In this document: piece by piece, positions 27,679 to 37,250 of the stretch
How the letters are laid out: every line of letters begins with the position of its first letter
Numbering within the stretch: the first letter of the stretch is position 1
Source of the DNA: an uncultured Eubacteriales bacterium
GTDB lineage: Bacteria > Acidobacteriota > Aminicenantia > Aminicenantales > Aminicenantaceae
Length of the DNA stretch: 64,000 nt
NCBI GenBank assembly: GCA_964348015.1
Contig: CAYGBC010000045.1
Span: forward strand, 1,784-65,783
Reading direction: 5' to 3'
Program-made: the position numbers and the translations under genes
The notes under the pieces: generated by a model
Databases searched by the model: none
What the model was told of the DNA's origin: nothing
What the model saw: only the letters and a program-made list of their open reading frames with translations

Positions 27679-29067
27679 GTGGGAAAACACGCCTACAGAA
27701 AAATCAACCATGTCCATATGGTAGGTATCGGCGGCACTGGCATGAACGGCATCGCTGAAGTCCTTCTCAACATGGATTACAGGATATCAGGAACGGATAT
27801 AGCGAAAACGGAAGTGACTCAACGTCTCGCGCAGTTGGGCGCGGAAATCTCCATCGGACACGACGCGGAAAAAGTCAAGGGAGCCGACGTGGTGGTCATC
27901 TCCTCGGCCATTAAACAGGACAATGTCGAGGTCGAAGAGGCCCGGCGGCGCAAAATACCGGTTATCCCCCGGGCAGAGATGCTGGCCGAATTGATGCGCA
28001 TGAAATACGGCATCGCAGTGGCAGGCTCCCACGGAAAAACCACCACGACATCGATGATCGCTCAATTGCTCGAGTCGGCGGGATTCGACCCCACGATCGT
28101 GGTCGGCGGCCGTCTCAACACGGTCGGCGCCCACGGAAAACTCGGTAAAGGGGACTTCATCGTGGCGGAGGCGGATGAAAGCGACCGCTCTTTCCTGTAT
28201 TTATCCCCTTTTATCGCCATCCTCACAAACCTGGACGACGAGCACCTGGACCAGTACCAGACCATCGATGAAATCAAATCGACATTCATCAATTTTGCGC
28301 TCAAAGTTCCGTTCTACTGTCCCGTGATCCTGTGCCTCGATGACCCCAATCTTCAGGCGTTGATCCCCTCGCTCGAGAGAAGAATCATCAGTTACGGATT
28401 TTCCACCCAAGCCGATATATTCGCCCGGGACATGCAGTTCGAGAAATTCTCGAGCACCTCAACTCTCTACTGGAGAGGAAAAAAATTCGGAAAACTCAGC
28501 CTGAATGTCCCCGGCACTCATAATATTTATAACGCCATGGCCGCCGTAGCTGTCGGACTGGACCTTGACATACCGTCCGAGACAATCCTGGAGGCACTGG
28601 GAACCTACTCCGGCAGCGGCCGCCGTTTCGAATTGAAGAAGGAAATCTACAATATCATGATCATTGAAGACTACGCGCATCATCCGACTGAAGTCAAAGC
28701 GACACTCGAAACAGCCAAAAGAGGCTGGAAGCGCAGGACGTTCGCTATTTTTCAGCCCCACCGCTACAGCCGCCTTTCCGTTTTGATGAACAGCTTTGCC
28801 ACATCCTTTAACCAGGCGGATGTGCTCATCACCACAGAAATATATCCGGCCGGCGAAACACCGATCGCCGGAGTCTCCGGAAAAACGCTTCATGAAGAAA
28901 TCGTCCATTTCGGACATAAAAATGTGTATTTCGAACCGGATATGAAAAAAATCGCTCCTCTTGTTGCGAAATTGGCGCAACCCGAGGATATTATCCTTGT
29001 CTTGGGTGCCGGAAACATCTATGAAATCATCCCGGACATCATCAAAACTCTGGAGGCCAAAGGATAG
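27679..29067 (+). CDS. murC: UDP-MurNAc:L-alanine ligase
   Basis: Motifs HMVGIGGTGMNGIAE, AGSHGKTTTTSM and EADESDRSF. GTG start. Confidence 0.95.
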   Translation: MGKHAYRKINHVHMVGIGGTGMNGIAEVLLNMDYRISGTDIAKTEVTQRLAQLGAEISIGHDAEKVKGADVVVISSAIKQDNVEVEEARRRKIPVIPRAEMLAELMRMKYGIAVAGSHGKTTTTSMIAQLLESAGFDPTIVVGGRLNTVGAHGKLGKGDFIVAEADESDRSFLYLSPFIAILTNLDDEHLDQYQTIDEIKSTFINFALKVPFYCPVILCLDDPNLQALIPSLERRIISYGFSTQADIFARDMQFEKFSSTSTLYWRGKKFGKLSLNVPGTHNIYNAMAAVAVGLDLDIPSETILEALGTYSGSGRRFELKKEIYNIMIIEDYAHHPTEVKATLETAKRGWKRRTFAIFQPHRYSRLSVLMNSFATSFNQADVLITTEIYPAGETPIAGVSGKTLHEEIVHFGHKNVYFEPDMKKIAPLVAKLAQPEDIILVLGAGNIYEIIPDIIKTLEAKG

Positions 29068-29068
29068 A

Positions 29069-29941
29069 ATGGCATACAACCTCATCCCGTCTGCCCGGAA
29101 CAGGACACACACATTTCTCTCCGAGCCGGTGCAGTTCCAGCGTGCAAGAGGAAAAACCAAGACAAAAAAGATCCAGAGGAAAATCAGGCTGAAATTCAAG
29201 CATATTCTGTTCCATTTGATCCTGATCGGAGGGATATTCTTCGCGCTGCAGAGGGTCTATCTCTTCCTCATCTCCTGGGATAAACTGGATATCAAAGACG
29301 TGACAGTCCTCTGCCGTATGCCCGAAATCAAGGAAGAAACTCAGCGATTTTTTGAAGGGAAACATCTCGGTAATATCCTTCTTCTCGATATCAGTCTCCT
29401 CCAGGAAAAGTTCACGGCACACAGATGGATCAAAGAAGTCCGTGTGAGAAAAATTCTTCCCTCCTCTCTTAAGATCGAGATCAAAGAAAGAACTCCGGTC
29501 GCCCTGCTGAAGCAGGGCCATACCTACATGATCGACGAAGACGGAGTCTTTCTTGAAAAAATCGAGCGGGGAGAAAAAGAGAACCTTCCTCTCCTTATCG
29601 ATTCGAACACATTCAAAAAAGACTACGAGGAAAAATTAAACCTGGCTTGGGAATGTCTCCGCAGTTTGGCTCCGTCGGAGAAAGAACGCATTGAAGTCCT
29701 CGACCTGACTGAATACGAGAACGTGATTGTCCGGCTCAAAAACAATCCGACGCGGTTGATCCTCGGGAACACCCGATTCTCCGAAAAAATCAACCTGTAC
29801 AGCCGGCTTCGCGCAAAACTGGAGAGATTTGGGGAACTGGAATATGTTGACCTCCGGCTTCACGACCGGATCTACATCAAGCCCAAGAGAAATATCGCCC
29901 AGAGGAATTTCATTCCCACCGCCAATAAGGAGGCCTTCTGA
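29069..29941 (+). CDS. ftsQ: Cell division protein FtsQ (POTRA)
   Basis: TM helix ILFHLILIGGIFFAL followed by a POTRA-like IKDVTVLC...VRVRKILPSSLKIEIKER. Start moved to the Met directly after the murC stop. Confidence 0.85.
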   Translation: MAYNLIPSARNRTHTFLSEPVQFQRARGKTKTKKIQRKIRLKFKHILFHLILIGGIFFALQRVYLFLISWDKLDIKDVTVLCRMPEIKEETQRFFEGKHLGNILLLDISLLQEKFTAHRWIKEVRVRKILPSSLKIEIKERTPVALLKQGHTYMIDEDGVFLEKIERGEKENLPLLIDSNTFKKDYEEKLNLAWECLRSLAPSEKERIEVLDLTEYENVIVRLKNNPTRLILGNTRFSEKINLYSRLRAKLERFGELEYVDLRLHDRIYIKPKRNIAQRNFIPTANKEAF

Positions 29942-31164
29942 TGCCTAAAAACAGTTATATTGTTGGATTGGACATCGGAACAAAAAAAATCGCTGCCATC
30001 ATAGGCGAGATCGGAGAGGACAACAAAGTCGAGATCATCGGCGTCGGAGCCGCCGAGTCCAGAGGATTGAGAAAAGGAGTCGTGGTCAACCTTGAAGCCA
30101 CAGTCAGCGCGATCAAGAAAGCGCAGGAAGAAGCGGAGCTCATGGCCGGGTATGAAATCGACCGGGCCTTTGTCGGAATCTCCGGCGCACACATCAAAAG
30201 CTTCAACAGCCGAGGAGTGATCGCTGTTTCCGGGAAAAATAGAGAGATCAGCCGGGAGGACATCAAACGCGTCATCGACCAGTCCAAAGCTGTCTCCATC
30301 CCCCCGGACAGAGAGATCATTCATATCATCCCTCAGGAATTCGTGGTGGATGACCAGGATGGGATCAAAGACCCGTTAGGCATGAGCGGAATCAAGCTCG
30401 AAGTCAACGTGCATATCGTCACGAGCGCGACAACCTCTGTCCAGAACCTGAGAACCTGTGTCGGACGGGCCGGGATCGAAGTCGAACAGGTTGTTCTCAA
30501 CCAAATCGCGGCGAGCGAGGCCACTCTGACACACGACGAAATGGAGCTCGGCGTGGGGATGATCGATATCGGAGGCGGAACGACAGAAATCGCCATCTAC
30601 GAACGGGGAAGCCTCTGGTACACCTCCATCATTCCGATCGGCGGAGACAACTTCACGAATGATATCGCTGTCGGCCTCAGGACACCGATCCCTGAAGGGG
30701 AAAAAATAAAGAAAAAATTCGGCTGTGTATCCAGCACTCTTCTCGATGACCAGGAGACGATCGAAGTCCCTTCGGTCGGAAGAGGAAAAAAACCTCGTAT
30801 TCTATCCAGACAACTTCTGGCGGATATCATCCAGCCGAGAGCAGAGGAGATTTTCCGCCTTGTCGACAACGACGTCAAAAGAATGGGGTATGAAAAATCC
30901 CTGAATTCTGGAGTCGTGCTTACGGGCGGCACCGCTCTCCTCGAAGGATTAGAGGAAGTGGCGGAGGAAATTTTTGACCTTCCGGTCAGACGCGGCGATC
31001 CCAGTGGCGTAGGCGGGCTTGTGGATAGGGTCAACACACCCGACTATGCCACTTCAGTTGGCCTTCTTCTTTACGGTAACACGCAGTGGAAAGAAAAAGG
31101 CCTATCCAAAGATAGAAAAGGAAGCCTTTGGGTCAAGATCAAAGACTGGCTCAAGGAAGCTTAG
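29941..31164 (+). CDS. ftsA: Cell division protein FtsA
   Basis: Actin-fold motifs VGLDIGTKKIAA and DIGGGTTEIAIY. Confidence 0.96.
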   Translation: MPKNSYIVGLDIGTKKIAAIIGEIGEDNKVEIIGVGAAESRGLRKGVVVNLEATVSAIKKAQEEAELMAGYEIDRAFVGISGAHIKSFNSRGVIAVSGKNREISREDIKRVIDQSKAVSIPPDREIIHIIPQEFVVDDQDGIKDPLGMSGIKLEVNVHIVTSATTSVQNLRTCVGRAGIEVEQVVLNQIAASEATLTHDEMELGVGMIDIGGGTTEIAIYERGSLWYTSIIPIGGDNFTNDIAVGLRTPIPEGEKIKKKFGCVSSTLLDDQETIEVPSVGRGKKPRILSRQLLADIIQPRAEEIFRLVDNDVKRMGYEKSLNSGVVLTGGTALLEGLEEVAEEIFDLPVRRGDPSGVGGLVDRVNTPDYATSVGLLLYGNTQWKEKGLSKDRKGSLWVKIKDWLKEA

Positions 31165-31173
31165 GAGGTAAAA

Positions 31174-32385
31174 ATGACTGAAGAAATGAAAAACAAACTC
31201 AAATTTCATTTGGTGGAGGAACGCTTCGGCGCCAAAATCAAAGTCATTGGAATTGGCGGCGGCGGGGGGAATGCGATCAACAGGATGATCCAGACAGGAA
31301 TCGAAGGAGTGGAGTTCATTTCCGTCAACACGGATCTCCAGGCACTCAGCAGTAACAAGGCGAGAACGAAAATCCAGATCGGAGAAAAACTGACCAAAGG
31401 CTTGGGTTCGGGAGGACGGCCGGACACCGGCAAGGAAGCCGCGATGGAGGACACGGAAAAATTGATCGAGATCCTTCAGGGAGCGGATATGGTCTTCCTG
31501 ACTGCGGGCCTGGGAGGTGGAACAGGAACCGGCTCAACTCCGATCCTGGCCAACCTGGCTTCAGAATTGGACATGCTGTGCATTGCCATAGTGACTCTTC
31601 CTTTCGAGTTCGAAGGAAAGGTCAGGGCCAAGCAGGCCCAGGAAGGACTGTCCGATCTGAAATCGGCCGTGGACACGGTCATCGCCATTCCCAACGAACG
31701 GCTGCTCCAGACAGTCAATCTGGACACTTCGATCCAGGATGCATTCAAAATGGCGGATGACATACTCCGACAGGCGGCTCAAGGAGTTTCTGATTTGATC
31801 ACTAAACCTGGATTGATCAACCTCGACTTTGCGGACGTCAAATCCATCATGAAAGGTATGGGCATGGCTTTTATGGGCACAGGGATGGCGTCCGGAGAGA
31901 ACAGGGCCTTGGACGCCGCGCAAAAAGCCATTTCCAGCCCCTTGCTTGTGGACACATCGATAGACGGTGCTCAGGGAGTCCTGATCAACATCACAGGAGG
32001 CAAAGATGTCACTCTGCATGAGGTTTCTAAGGCGTCCGAGCTCATTCACAACCAGGCACATCCCGAAGCCAACATCATTTTCGGTACGGTGATTGACGAA
32101 GGATTGAAAGAAATGGTGAAAGTGACTGTCATTGCCACCGGTTTCGACCTGACACCCCGTATCGATGCCGAAGTCCAGGAAGACTTCCCTCCCGCAAAAC
32201 CGAAAACGCCCCCTCCTTTCGAGGTTCAACACGATACGCCTCCCTATCTGTTCGAGCCGAAAGGAAGCCAGACTCCCTGGGACAGACCGTCCTGGGAGAA
32301 GAAATGGGAGCCGTATGAAACACCTTCTTTCATCAGGAAAAACAAAACCACTCCCCTGAGAAAGACTCCCGATGAAATCAGCTGA
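31174..32385 (+). CDS. ftsZ: Cell division GTPase FtsZ
   Basis: Motifs [13 protein letters not shown] and [12 protein letters not shown] (tubulin signature), plus the C-terminal peptide ETPSFIRK. Confidence 0.98.
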   Translation: MTEEMKNKLKFHLVEERFGAKIKVIGIGGGGGNAINRMIQTGIEGVEFISVNTDLQALSSNKARTKIQIGEKLTKGLGSGGRPDTGKEAAMEDTEKLIEILQGADMVFLTAGLGGGTGTGSTPILANLASELDMLCIAIVTLPFEFEGKVRAKQAQEGLSDLKSAVDTVIAIPNERLLQTVNLDTSIQDAFKMADDILRQAAQGVSDLITKPGLINLDFADVKSIMKGMGMAFMGTGMASGENRALDAAQKAISSPLLVDTSIDGAQGVLINITGGKDVTLHEVSKASELIHNQAHPEANIIFGTVIDEGLKEMVKVTVIATGFDLTPRIDAEVQEDFPPAKPKTPPPFEVQHDTPPYLFEPKGSQTPWDRPSWEKKWEPYETPSFIRKNKTTPLRKTPDEIS

Positions 32386-33673
32386 TCTGGCCGTCCTCGG
32401 ATGCGAGGAACTTGTCACTTGCGGGGGTCCGATCCCGAAGAGGAAAGACGCCCTGCAGGAAGTGGCGGTCATCGAGAAAGGCTTCATCGCATCCCACCAA
32501 GGACGGATTGTTTTCATCGGAGACGAGAAAAGCTATGCCCAAGAAGTCAGACTAGAGGACAACGCTAACTGTATCGAAGGAAGCGGGTTGGTCGGGCTTC
32601 CAGGATTTGTCGATCCCCACACGCACCTTCCTTTTGCCGGAACCAGAGAGCAGGAGTTCGTCCTGCGCCTCAAAGGCGCCACTTATCAGCAGTTGGCTGA
32701 GAAGGGCATGGGAATCCAGACAACGGTCAAAGCCACGCGTGAAGCGACCAAAGAAGAGCTTGTCTCCCTCTGTCTCTCCCGCCTCGACAGGATGCTTCTG
32801 AACGGGACCACCACGGTTGAAGGCAAGAGCGGCTACGGGCTGAATCTCGAGGATGAAATCAAGCAGCTCGAAGCGCTCCGGCAAGCGGACGATCTTCATC
32901 CAGCCGATATCGTCTCCACTTTCATGGGTGCTCACGAAGTCCCCTCCGAATACAAATCCAAGAAGGGAGACTACATCGATCTTCTAATCAACCAGATTCT
33001 TCCGGAGATCCAGAAAAAGAATCTGGCAGAATTTTTCGATGTTTTTTGTGAAGAAGGAGTTTACTCGATCGAAGAGACACGGACACTGGTACGCGCCGCG
33101 AAAGACGCCGGGTTCAAGATCAAGATCCACGCCGATGAGTTCTCTCCTCTCGGAGGCGCCCAGCTTGCTGCTGAGGAAGGCGCCAGCTCTGCCGACCACT
33201 TGATCAACATTACCGATGAGGGAATTCAAAAGCTCGCCCAGAGCCAGACAGCGGCCATCCTTCTCCCTGCGGTGTCCTTCTTTTTGATGCTCGAGAAGAA
33301 AGCTCCGGCCCGGAAGCTCATCGAGCAAGGCGCGATTGTCTCTCTGGCAACGGATTTTAATCCGGGCAGCGCGATGACAGAGTCCATGCTCTTCGTCCTG
33401 CAGCTGGCCGTTTTCACGATGAAAATGACCATCGAAGAAGCCATTAACGCGGCCACCGCGAACGCCGCATTCGCCCTCGCCAGGCATCAGGATTCGGGGA
33501 GCCTTGAGGTCGGGAAAAAAATGGACCTCGTTCTCTACAATGCGCCGAACTATCCGACCATCGTCTACCACCTGGGAATCAATCCCGTCCGGCATGTCAT
33601 CAAGAACGGAACGCTTGCGGTCAAAGACGGACAAATTATAAAAAATATTTATCCAGCATTCTGTACTGGATAG
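32372..33673 (+). CDS. hutI: Imidazolonepropionase
   Basis: Amidohydrolase with [20 protein letters not shown]...[13 protein letters not shown]...IHADE, typical of HutI. The start overlaps the last 14 nt of ftsZ. Confidence 0.85.
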   Translation: MKSADLAVLGCEELVTCGGPIPKRKDALQEVAVIEKGFIASHQGRIVFIGDEKSYAQEVRLEDNANCIEGSGLVGLPGFVDPHTHLPFAGTREQEFVLRLKGATYQQLAEKGMGIQTTVKATREATKEELVSLCLSRLDRMLLNGTTTVEGKSGYGLNLEDEIKQLEALRQADDLHPADIVSTFMGAHEVPSEYKSKKGDYIDLLINQILPEIQKKNLAEFFDVFCEEGVYSIEETRTLVRAAKDAGFKIKIHADEFSPLGGAQLAAEEGASSADHLINITDEGIQKLAQSQTAAILLPAVSFFLMLEKKAPARKLIEQGAIVSLATDFNPGSAMTESMLFVLQLAVFTMKMTIEEAINAATANAAFALARHQDSGSLEVGKKMDLVLYNAPNYPTIVYHLGINPVRHVIKNGTLAVKDGQIIKNIYPAFCTG

Positions 33674-35159
33674 CCTCGGAAACGTGGACCGGGTTGATTT
33701 CCTGCTCTCCAGTCAAATCGGCGATCGTGCGGGCGACCTTGAGAGCCCGCGTGTACGCTCGAGCGCTGAATCCCAGACGGTTCACAGCCATCTCCAAAAG
33801 TTCCTTTCCTTCTGCATTCACCTGACAGAACTTCCTCACTTCTTTGGTCCCCATCTGAGCATTGCAGTAGATTTTTTTTCTTTTCAGTCTCTGAAGCTGC
33901 CTCTTTCTGGCCTTCACCACCCTTTTCCTGATCTCGTCAGAGCTCTCGCCCTGGTCTCTGGAAATCATATCCTTGAACTCGACACGGGGCACCTCGATCT
34001 GGATGTCGATGCGGTCCAGTAGAGGTCCAGAAATTTTGGAATAATAGCGGCTTTTCTGAGTGTCGGTGCAGTCATACTCTGAGGAGGCAAGACCACCAAA
34101 GGCGTCTTCACACGGATTCATGGCCGCCACGAGCATAAAGGAAGACGGAAAGGTGACGGACATCGAGGATCGAGAGATCGTCACTGTACCTTCTTCAACA
34201 GGTTGCCTGAGATCCTCCAGCACTCTCCTCTTGAACTCCGGCAGCTCGTCCAGAAACAAAACTCCATGATGAGCCAGGCTGACCTCACCAGGTTTCGGGA
34301 TGAGCCCCCCGCCGATCAATCCCGCATCGGAAATAGTATGATGCGGGGCGCGAAACGGCCTTTCTCCGACAGCCCCTTTATTTTTCAAGAGCCCGGAAGC
34401 GCTGTAGATCCTTGTGACTTCGATGATTTCATCAAATGTCATCGGAGGCAGTATCGTCGGAAACCTCTTGGCGATCATGGTCTTCCCCGCGCCCGGCGGC
34501 CCGATCAAAAGCACGTTGTGGCCGCCGGCCGCCGCCACCTCGAACGCGCGCTTGACATGCTGCTGGCCGCGAATCTCCTGAAAATCCATTTCATAATCTG
34601 ATCGCGGCAGAAGCTCCCGGAGTGAATAGCTGCAGGGAGAAATCTCATTCTTTCCTGTGAGCAGTCTCACAACCTGGACGATATTTTCCATCCCGTACAC
34701 ATCGATACCCGGAACTAAAGCCGCCTCTTTCTCGTTCTCCGCGGGAACGATTATCGCTTTGAACCCGGCTTCTTTGGCAAGCACGGTCGAGGAGAGGATT
34801 CCTTTTCCCGGTTTGAGCCTTCCGTCCAGTGCGAGTTCTCCTAAAAAAAGATAATCGCGCAGGTTTTCATGAGGAAAAAGGTCAAGATGAGCAAGGAGTC
34901 CGAGCGAGATGGGAAGGTCAAAGGCCGACCCCTCTTTTCTGCGGTCTGCCGGAGCCAGGTTGATGATGATTTTCCGCGAAGGAAACTTGTAACCACAATT
35001 TTTCAAAGCCGCCCTGACTCTCTCCTTGCTCTCCCGCACCGATGCATCCGGAAGCCCGACAGTGACAAAGCCCGGAATTCCGAAGGAGATATCGACTTCC
35101 ACATCCACAAGATACGCATCAATTCCCACCAAAGAGGCGCTGGCAATCTTGAACAGCAT
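33636..35159 (-). CDS. YifB/ComM family Mg-chelatase-like AAA+ ATPase
   Basis: Walker A is GPPGAGKTMIAKR and Walker B is VLFLDELPEF. N-terminal Lon-protease-like domain and C-terminal ChlI-like HTH. Its 3' end overlaps hutI by 38 nt in convergent orientation. Confidence 0.92.
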   Translation of the reverse strand: MLFKIASASLVGIDAYLVDVEVDISFGIPGFVTVGLPDASVRESKERVRAALKNCGYKFPSRKIIINLAPADRRKEGSAFDLPISLGLLAHLDLFPHENLRDYLFLGELALDGRLKPGKGILSSTVLAKEAGFKAIIVPAENEKEAALVPGIDVYGMENIVQVVRLLTGKNEISPCSYSLRELLPRSDYEMDFQEIRGQQHVKRAFEVAAAGGHNVLLIGPPGAGKTMIAKRFPTILPPMTFDEIIEVTRIYSASGLLKNKGAVGERPFRAPHHTISDAGLIGGGLIPKPGEVSLAHHGVLFLDELPEFKRRVLEDLRQPVEEGTVTISRSSMSVTFPSSFMLVAAMNPCEDAFGGLASSEYDCTDTQKSRYYSKISGPLLDRIDIQIEVPRVEFKDMISRDQGESSDEIRKRVVKARKRQLQRLKRKKIYCNAQMGTKEVRKFCQVNAEGKELLEMAVNRLGFSARAYTRALKVARTIADLTGEQEINPVHVSEAIQYRMLDKYFL

Positions 35160-35242
35160 TTCCCGTCATCTCAAAAGACGACCGGGTGAGGGCGGTTTTA
35201 TCAATGAATTGAGAAAAAGCATGAAATGCATTATATTTTTAT

Positions 35243-35442
35243 GAGATTGCCACACTTCGTTCGCAATGACATAAGATGAGATTGCCGCGCTTCGCTCGTA
35301 ATAACACATGATGAGACTGCCAAGTCTGTTCCGAGCAAGCGAAGAAATCCCGCAGCCTCTCGCAATGACAACGAAATGGGATCGACGCCGTTCGCTCGCC
35401 ATGACACGTATATGAGACCGCCGCATCCTCTCGGCAATGAAA
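35243..35442. repeat. Intergenic repeat cluster C (family 1, six tandem half-units, ~35-nt period)
   Basis: GAGATTGCC(A/G)C...CGCAATGACA-type units start at about 35243, 35278, 35313, 35345, 35378 and 35413. All share one orientation and become more degenerate along the array. TATATTTTTATG precedes the first unit. Confidence 0.85.
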
Positions 35443-35554
35443 ACGAGCCTCCCCACACAAGGTCAAATCTGTTCGTGAGAAGTCTTTCTGTTTGAAATGA
35501 GAATCTCTCTGTGCTAATAAAGTTATATTCTATGAAGGAGAAAGACGATCTAAG

Positions 35555-36028
35555 ATGGAATGGAGAAAGAAGATCAGGATTGGAGTCATCGGAGGCTCCT
35601 CACCCGATAAAGAATCCCGCCAGATGGCATTCCGGGTCGGCCAGTTGATCGCGGAAAAAGGAGCGATTCTTGTCTGCGGAGGACTCAGCGGAGTCATGGA
35701 GGCCGCCAGCCGGGGAGCGAAAGAAGCCGGCGGACTCACGATCGGCATCCTTCCCGGAAATTCACTGGACGACGCGAACACGTACATCGACATCCCGGTG
35801 GCCACGGGACTGGGATACGCCCGGAATTCTCTCGTTGCCATGAACTCGGATGTCATCATCGCCGTAGATGGACAGTACGGGACTCTGAGCGAGATCGCCT
35901 ACGGGTGCATATACGGAAAGAAGGTTGTCGGGATCGGAACGTGGGATGTTGAGGGTGTGAATCAGGTCAAATCCGCAGAAGAGGCGGTGGACGAAGCTTT
36001 GAAAGATTATTTTCCCCTGACTTCTTGA
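35555..36028 (+). CDS. TIGR00725-type LOG/SLOG-fold protein
   Basis: IGVIGGSS...LVCGGLSGVMEAASRGAKEAGGLTIGILPG...GYARNSLVAMNSDVIIAVDGQYGTLSEIA. Confidence 0.8.
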   Translation: MEWRKKIRIGVIGGSSPDKESRQMAFRVGQLIAEKGAILVCGGLSGVMEAASRGAKEAGGLTIGILPGNSLDDANTYIDIPVATGLGYARNSLVAMNSDVIIAVDGQYGTLSEIAYGCIYGKKVVGIGTWDVEGVNQVKSAEEAVDEALKDYFPLTS

Positions 36029-36067
36029 AGGATCGGATCTGTAAGAGAGAAGGAGTATCTTTTTTAT

Positions 36068-36180
36068 GAGATTGCCACGTTCCACTCGCAATGACACGGA
36101 GGAGAGATTGCCGCGTTTCACTCGCAAGGACACACAAGGGATTTTTTTATGAAATTACCACTCGTGGCTTGGCATGACAC
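36068..36180. repeat. Intergenic repeat cluster D (family 1, three half-units)
   Basis: GAGATTGCCACGTTCCACTCGCAATGACAC, GAGATTGCCGCGTTTCACTCGCAAGGACAC, and a degenerate GAAATTACCACTCGTGGCTTGGCATGACAC. Each is preceded by TTTTTTATG. Confidence 0.8.
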
Positions 36181-36267
36181 TTTTTCTATTCATCTGCTCT
36201 GGATTATTGGGGATGACAAAAAAATGAGGTTTCTTTAGGTTGTTTAGGACTCGAGCGCCGCATTAAA

Positions 36268-36996
36268 ATGCAAAATTACAAAATAATTCTCAGTTATGAC
36301 GGGACAGATTTCCACGGATGGCAGCGCCAGCCAGACAAGAAAACGATCCAGAGCACTCTTGAAAACTCTCTGGCTCAAATCACTCAGAAAAAAATTAGCG
36401 TCATTGGAGCGGGCCGCACAGATGCGGGCGTGCACGCCCTGGCACAGGCGGCCCATTTCAAGGCTAATCTCCGCATGGATGAGGACGCGCTCCTGCGGGC
36501 ACTCAACTCTCTTCTTCCGCAGGACATCAGAATTTCTTCTCTCATCAAAACTGATCCAGACTTTCATGCCAGAAAAATGGCCATGTCAAAGATCTACCAG
36601 TACAGAATACTCCATTCTCCAAAAGTCAGTCCTTTTGTCGTCCGGTACGTCCTTCACTGGCCTTCTGCATTGAATGTCCATCTCATGAGAAGAGCCGCTG
36701 CTTTGTTCAGACGGAAAGCCGATTTCACCGCATTCTCTTCCAACAGACTGCTCGATCCCATCAGGACAATCACTCGCTCTGAGATCAAAAAGACGGGGAA
36801 TGAAATCATCTATACGGTGGAAGCCAACGGATTCCTGCGCTACATGGTCCGGACCATAGTCGGGACACTTCTCGAGGCCGGAAAAGGCAAGATATCACTG
36901 GAACAGATCGAGGAGCTTTTCCGGAAAAACAAAAGGTCTCTTGCCAGCCCCACAGCCCCGGCCAAAGGTCTATGCCTCATTCAAGTGAATTACTGA
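36268..36996 (+). CDS. truA: tRNA pseudouridine(38-40) synthase
   Basis: Motifs YDGTDFHGWQRQ and GAGRTDAGVHALAQ (catalytic Asp). Confidence 0.95.
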   Translation: MQNYKIILSYDGTDFHGWQRQPDKKTIQSTLENSLAQITQKKISVIGAGRTDAGVHALAQAAHFKANLRMDEDALLRALNSLLPQDIRISSLIKTDPDFHARKMAMSKIYQYRILHSPKVSPFVVRYVLHWPSALNVHLMRRAAALFRRKADFTAFSSNRLLDPIRTITRSEIKKTGNEIIYTVEANGFLRYMVRTIVGTLLEAGKGKISLEQIEELFRKNKRSLASPTAPAKGLCLIQVNY

Positions 36997-37158
36997 TATC
37001 GATGCGGGAAGTGGAGTTGTCCTGTCGTGGCGAGCGACAAGCGGCAATCGCTTTTCTCTTTGTTGACGTGAGTTACGATTTGACACCCCCCCTTCAATCC
37101 TGAACTTATAAAATAGAGTACGTCCTTAAGCTCACGCGTAAATCGAGGTGTAGAAAAC

Positions 37159-37176
37159 CGCGGCCCGGGGGCCGCG
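37159..37176. terminator. GC-rich hairpin, bidirectional intrinsic terminator candidate
   Basis: AGAAAA-CGCGGCC-cggg-GGCCGCG-ATTTTCT. This is a 7-bp GC stem with an A-run 5' and a T-run 3', about 75 nt past the stop of 37251..38282(-). Confidence 0.7.
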
Positions 37177-37250
37177 ATTTTCTGTTATCAGCGCTGTAAA
37201 CCGTTAGAAAAAGCGGCTGGCGCGGAAGCTAAATGGCAGTGCCAAAACAG

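Noticed and set aside
29067-29069. Absence of murB and ddl between murC and ftsQ as a possible deletion or assembly gap
   Set aside because: murC stop and ftsQ start are separated by 1 nt with intact reading frames on both sides. Several lineages keep murB and ddl elsewhere, so I note it as an ordinary cluster variant.
35243-35442. Possible CRISPR array (regular ~35-nt period)
   Set aside because: The units abut with only about 5 nt between them, so there are no unique spacers of comparable length. The units are mutually degenerate rather than identical, and they belong to the same family as the palindromic elements elsewhere. No cas genes or leader are present.
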